A stretch of DNA of 63,036 nt, counting the filler, from Basidiobolus ranarum (lineage: Eukaryota), in the NCBI GenBank assembly GCA_040143965.1. It is 12 parts of 12 records of this genome, joined end to end, with 100 filler letters (N's around TTAATTAATTAA, not from the genome) between each part and the next. Parts side by side here need not be neighbours in the genome. Positions count along the whole stretch, not along the records: positions 57,890 to 63,036 come from JASJQH010001695.1; 11 more parts are not named here. One strand, given 5' to 3'. This document shows positions 60,858 through 63,036 of this stretch, piece after piece. The translations under genes and the position numbers were made by a program. Below the pieces are notes generated by a model that was not told the DNA's origin, made no database searches, and was given only the letters and a program-made list of their open reading frames with translations. The number at the start of each line of letters is the position of its first letter. The first letter of the stretch is position 1.

Positions 60858-62601
60858 TCATTGTATTTGATTAATTGAGTTGGCACATGAGAGCTTATAG
60901 TTGATTGATACATCATTTCTGGTATGCCTATCGGGATCCAGCTCTTTTAGCAGAATAAGAAGGTTTACTCGCTGCAGAATTGATCTACTGTCCTCGGAAA
61001 ATAAATACTCGTAATCAGAAAAATATCCATACAGAGGTGGATCAAAGCCCAGTGCATCGCCTAACGCAAACCGTGTATCCTGTTTACTAATGTGAGCATC
61101 CTCCAGTTGAGATTTAAGATGAAGCTTAGAAGGTATCGAACGGTGTATCGAATGAACCAGTGTCAAAAGCGTTTCTGGGGTTGGTGGATCCCTCTTCAAT
61201 TTCAGATAGTCTGCCACTATCTCTTGCTGAATGGCAAACTCGGTTTCTTGACTCCATTTCAGAAGATTGCTATCGTTCGATACTACAACATTTCTTTCTA
61301 TGAGATTACGTATAATCGAAGGGCTAGGTATTGACGTCACATTACGAAAAGATAGTGTTTGCACTATGCCTAGCCCTAGTACGCATTCAACCATATCCAG
61401 ATTTTGATAGTAACAAATGGTACTAGTATTGAGAGACTTGATCTGGTTTCTTGGCAAGGATGGCATCAGCATTCTAAGGAGTAATGGATATCCACAGTCT
61501 AAAGCATATTGAATGTATTGTTGTAGTAGCCAAGTGTCGAAGTTTTCTTGCCCAAGATCTACTAAATACATTACCACGTCTTCTAGTTGCCATCTGGCAA
61601 AGTAAGGGCCATATCTTTTCCTCCCTAGTGTAACACTTCCCAACAGTGCTAAGTAGCTTATTGAGTCCTTGTAAATGCTAAATCGGTTTTCCAACTCCTG
61701 GATTTGACAAATACTCAGCGCGTTAGAAATCCGATTTCGCTTATAAGCATACATGTGTAGAACTTTTGCCACGGCTTCATTTGGAATATCCACCAACATA
61801 TCACACTCGCCGTGTGTATTATAGGGCGCATTGAAAATCTTCACCAAAGTGTCAACATACCCCGACAACGTACATACCTTGGCTACATAAGTTAAAACCT
61901 TTTAAAGTTCGAATAATCCATCGATACGTTTTCTCTTTCGCTGAATACGTTGAGGATAACGCTGCAATTAAAGTTGCCACTTTGTTATTCTTGAGAAGCT
62001 TCTTGGCTCGGGTAATATCATTATTTAATAAAAGCCCCCGGAGACAGATGCTCTCAGCAATTAGAGGGCAGTACTTTTTATTCTTCAAGTACCAGTTGTA
62101 GAGCTCTGCTGAATTATAGAAACCTTCAATAATATATTTACGCAAGTCAGTAGAACTGCAGTGGAAAGTTTTGTTTCTTCCAAATAAGTATTCCAACATT
62201 TCCATCTTTCCTTCCCTAACGCAGATTATCTTCGCATGAGTGTCGTGCTCTTTGTAGTCCTCACCGATAAAGGTAATGATTTGTATCAAGATAGATAAAT
62301 CTCCATGACAAACTGCACTTACTAGCAAGTACTCGTTTGGAAAGGATTTGAAATTAAGAAGCCATTTGATAAATGGTTTATGACGCCTTTTAATGGCTTC
62401 TTCTAAGAGGAATCCAGAGCCTTCTCTACCAGGTACTAAATACTTAAGACGCTCTTTATGCCTATAAGCAAGGTTAAAATATAGTAAACAATCGCCAACA
62501 TAGAAAAAGATATTCTCTTGAATTTCTGGCGAAAAAAGAGTGGAGATAGACTTGGCAAAAGTTCGAAAGTCTGTCTGCATATGGAGGGTAAATCTATGCA
62601 A
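60858..62601 (-). CDS. F-box-like plus degenerate ankyrin-repeat protein, split in two frames near 61860 (intron or frameshift)
   Basis: FSPEIQENIFFY, AIKRRHKPFIKWLL, AVCHGDLSIL, REGKMEMLEYL and NLDMVECVL. GTATGT donors at 61877 and 61860. Confidence 0.6.
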
Positions 62602-62871
62602 TTTAGAAACACTTTCAAGTGGACCTTAGTGGCATTTCATTTACCTAGTTACTACGTAATAATTAATGATATCTTGTGAAACTAGTGATAATAGCCATGA
62701 TCCTACAAATAGGATTGAATTATCCAGAACTTCAATAACTTTTGAGCCCCGGTGTTATTGAACATGTAAAAAAGATTAAAAGTGGATAATTGCATTGAAT
62801 ACAGTATGGGTTACTTATAAGGCTATCTTCTAATACAACACAATATCCCAGATAATCACAAGTCACTGTGA

Positions 62872-63036
62872 ACCAAAGTTACTTTGGCCACTGGGAAGAA
62901 TGGTGCCGTTGCTGCTGACTCGCAAATATATTCCGAGACTGGTGTGCAGATTTTGAAGAGTAATGGGAATGCCATTGATGCTGCTATAGCCACTGCATTG
63001 TGTCTTGGTACAGTCAATAGTTTCTCATCTGGTATC
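62872..63036 (+). CDS. Gamma-glutamyltranspeptidase fragment (window end)
   Basis: NGAVAADSQIYSETGVQILKSNGNAIDAAIATALCLGTVNSFSSGI. An in-frame stop just upstream means an internal exon or a pseudogene. Confidence 0.8.

Overview
This window is not one locus. It is 12 short contigs of about 5.15 kb each, joined by 100-nt N/TTAATTAATTAA linkers, so nothing is linked across a linker. The DNA is an AT-rich, intron-containing fungal genome. Gene content suggests an early-diverging fungus; Basidiobolus-like is only a guess. Host genes: a homeodomain transcription factor, DGAT2 (partial), RPS8 (partial, absent from the ORF track), an F-box/LRR protein, HEL2/ZNF598 interrupted by a repeat, IPI3, a class-III aminotransferase, a GNAT, an ADH pseudogene, GGT (partial), a U1 snRNA 5' end and several secreted proteins. 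Two gene arrays stand out: at least 3 tandem short HSF-domain genes, and at least 6 CsbD/LEA-like genes arranged as three divergent pairs. A large share of the window is CpG-depleted, nested transposon debris. It includes three Ty1/copia LTR families (two with a half-tRNA-iMet PBS), a chromovirus, a CACTA/CMC-like element with a CCCTAACAAAAATAA terminus, and a 282-bp solo LTR carrying a tRNA-like Pol III module. An intronless DUF1905/OmdA gene is a strong bacterial HGT candidate. All family assignments come from motif recognition by eye; no searches were run.
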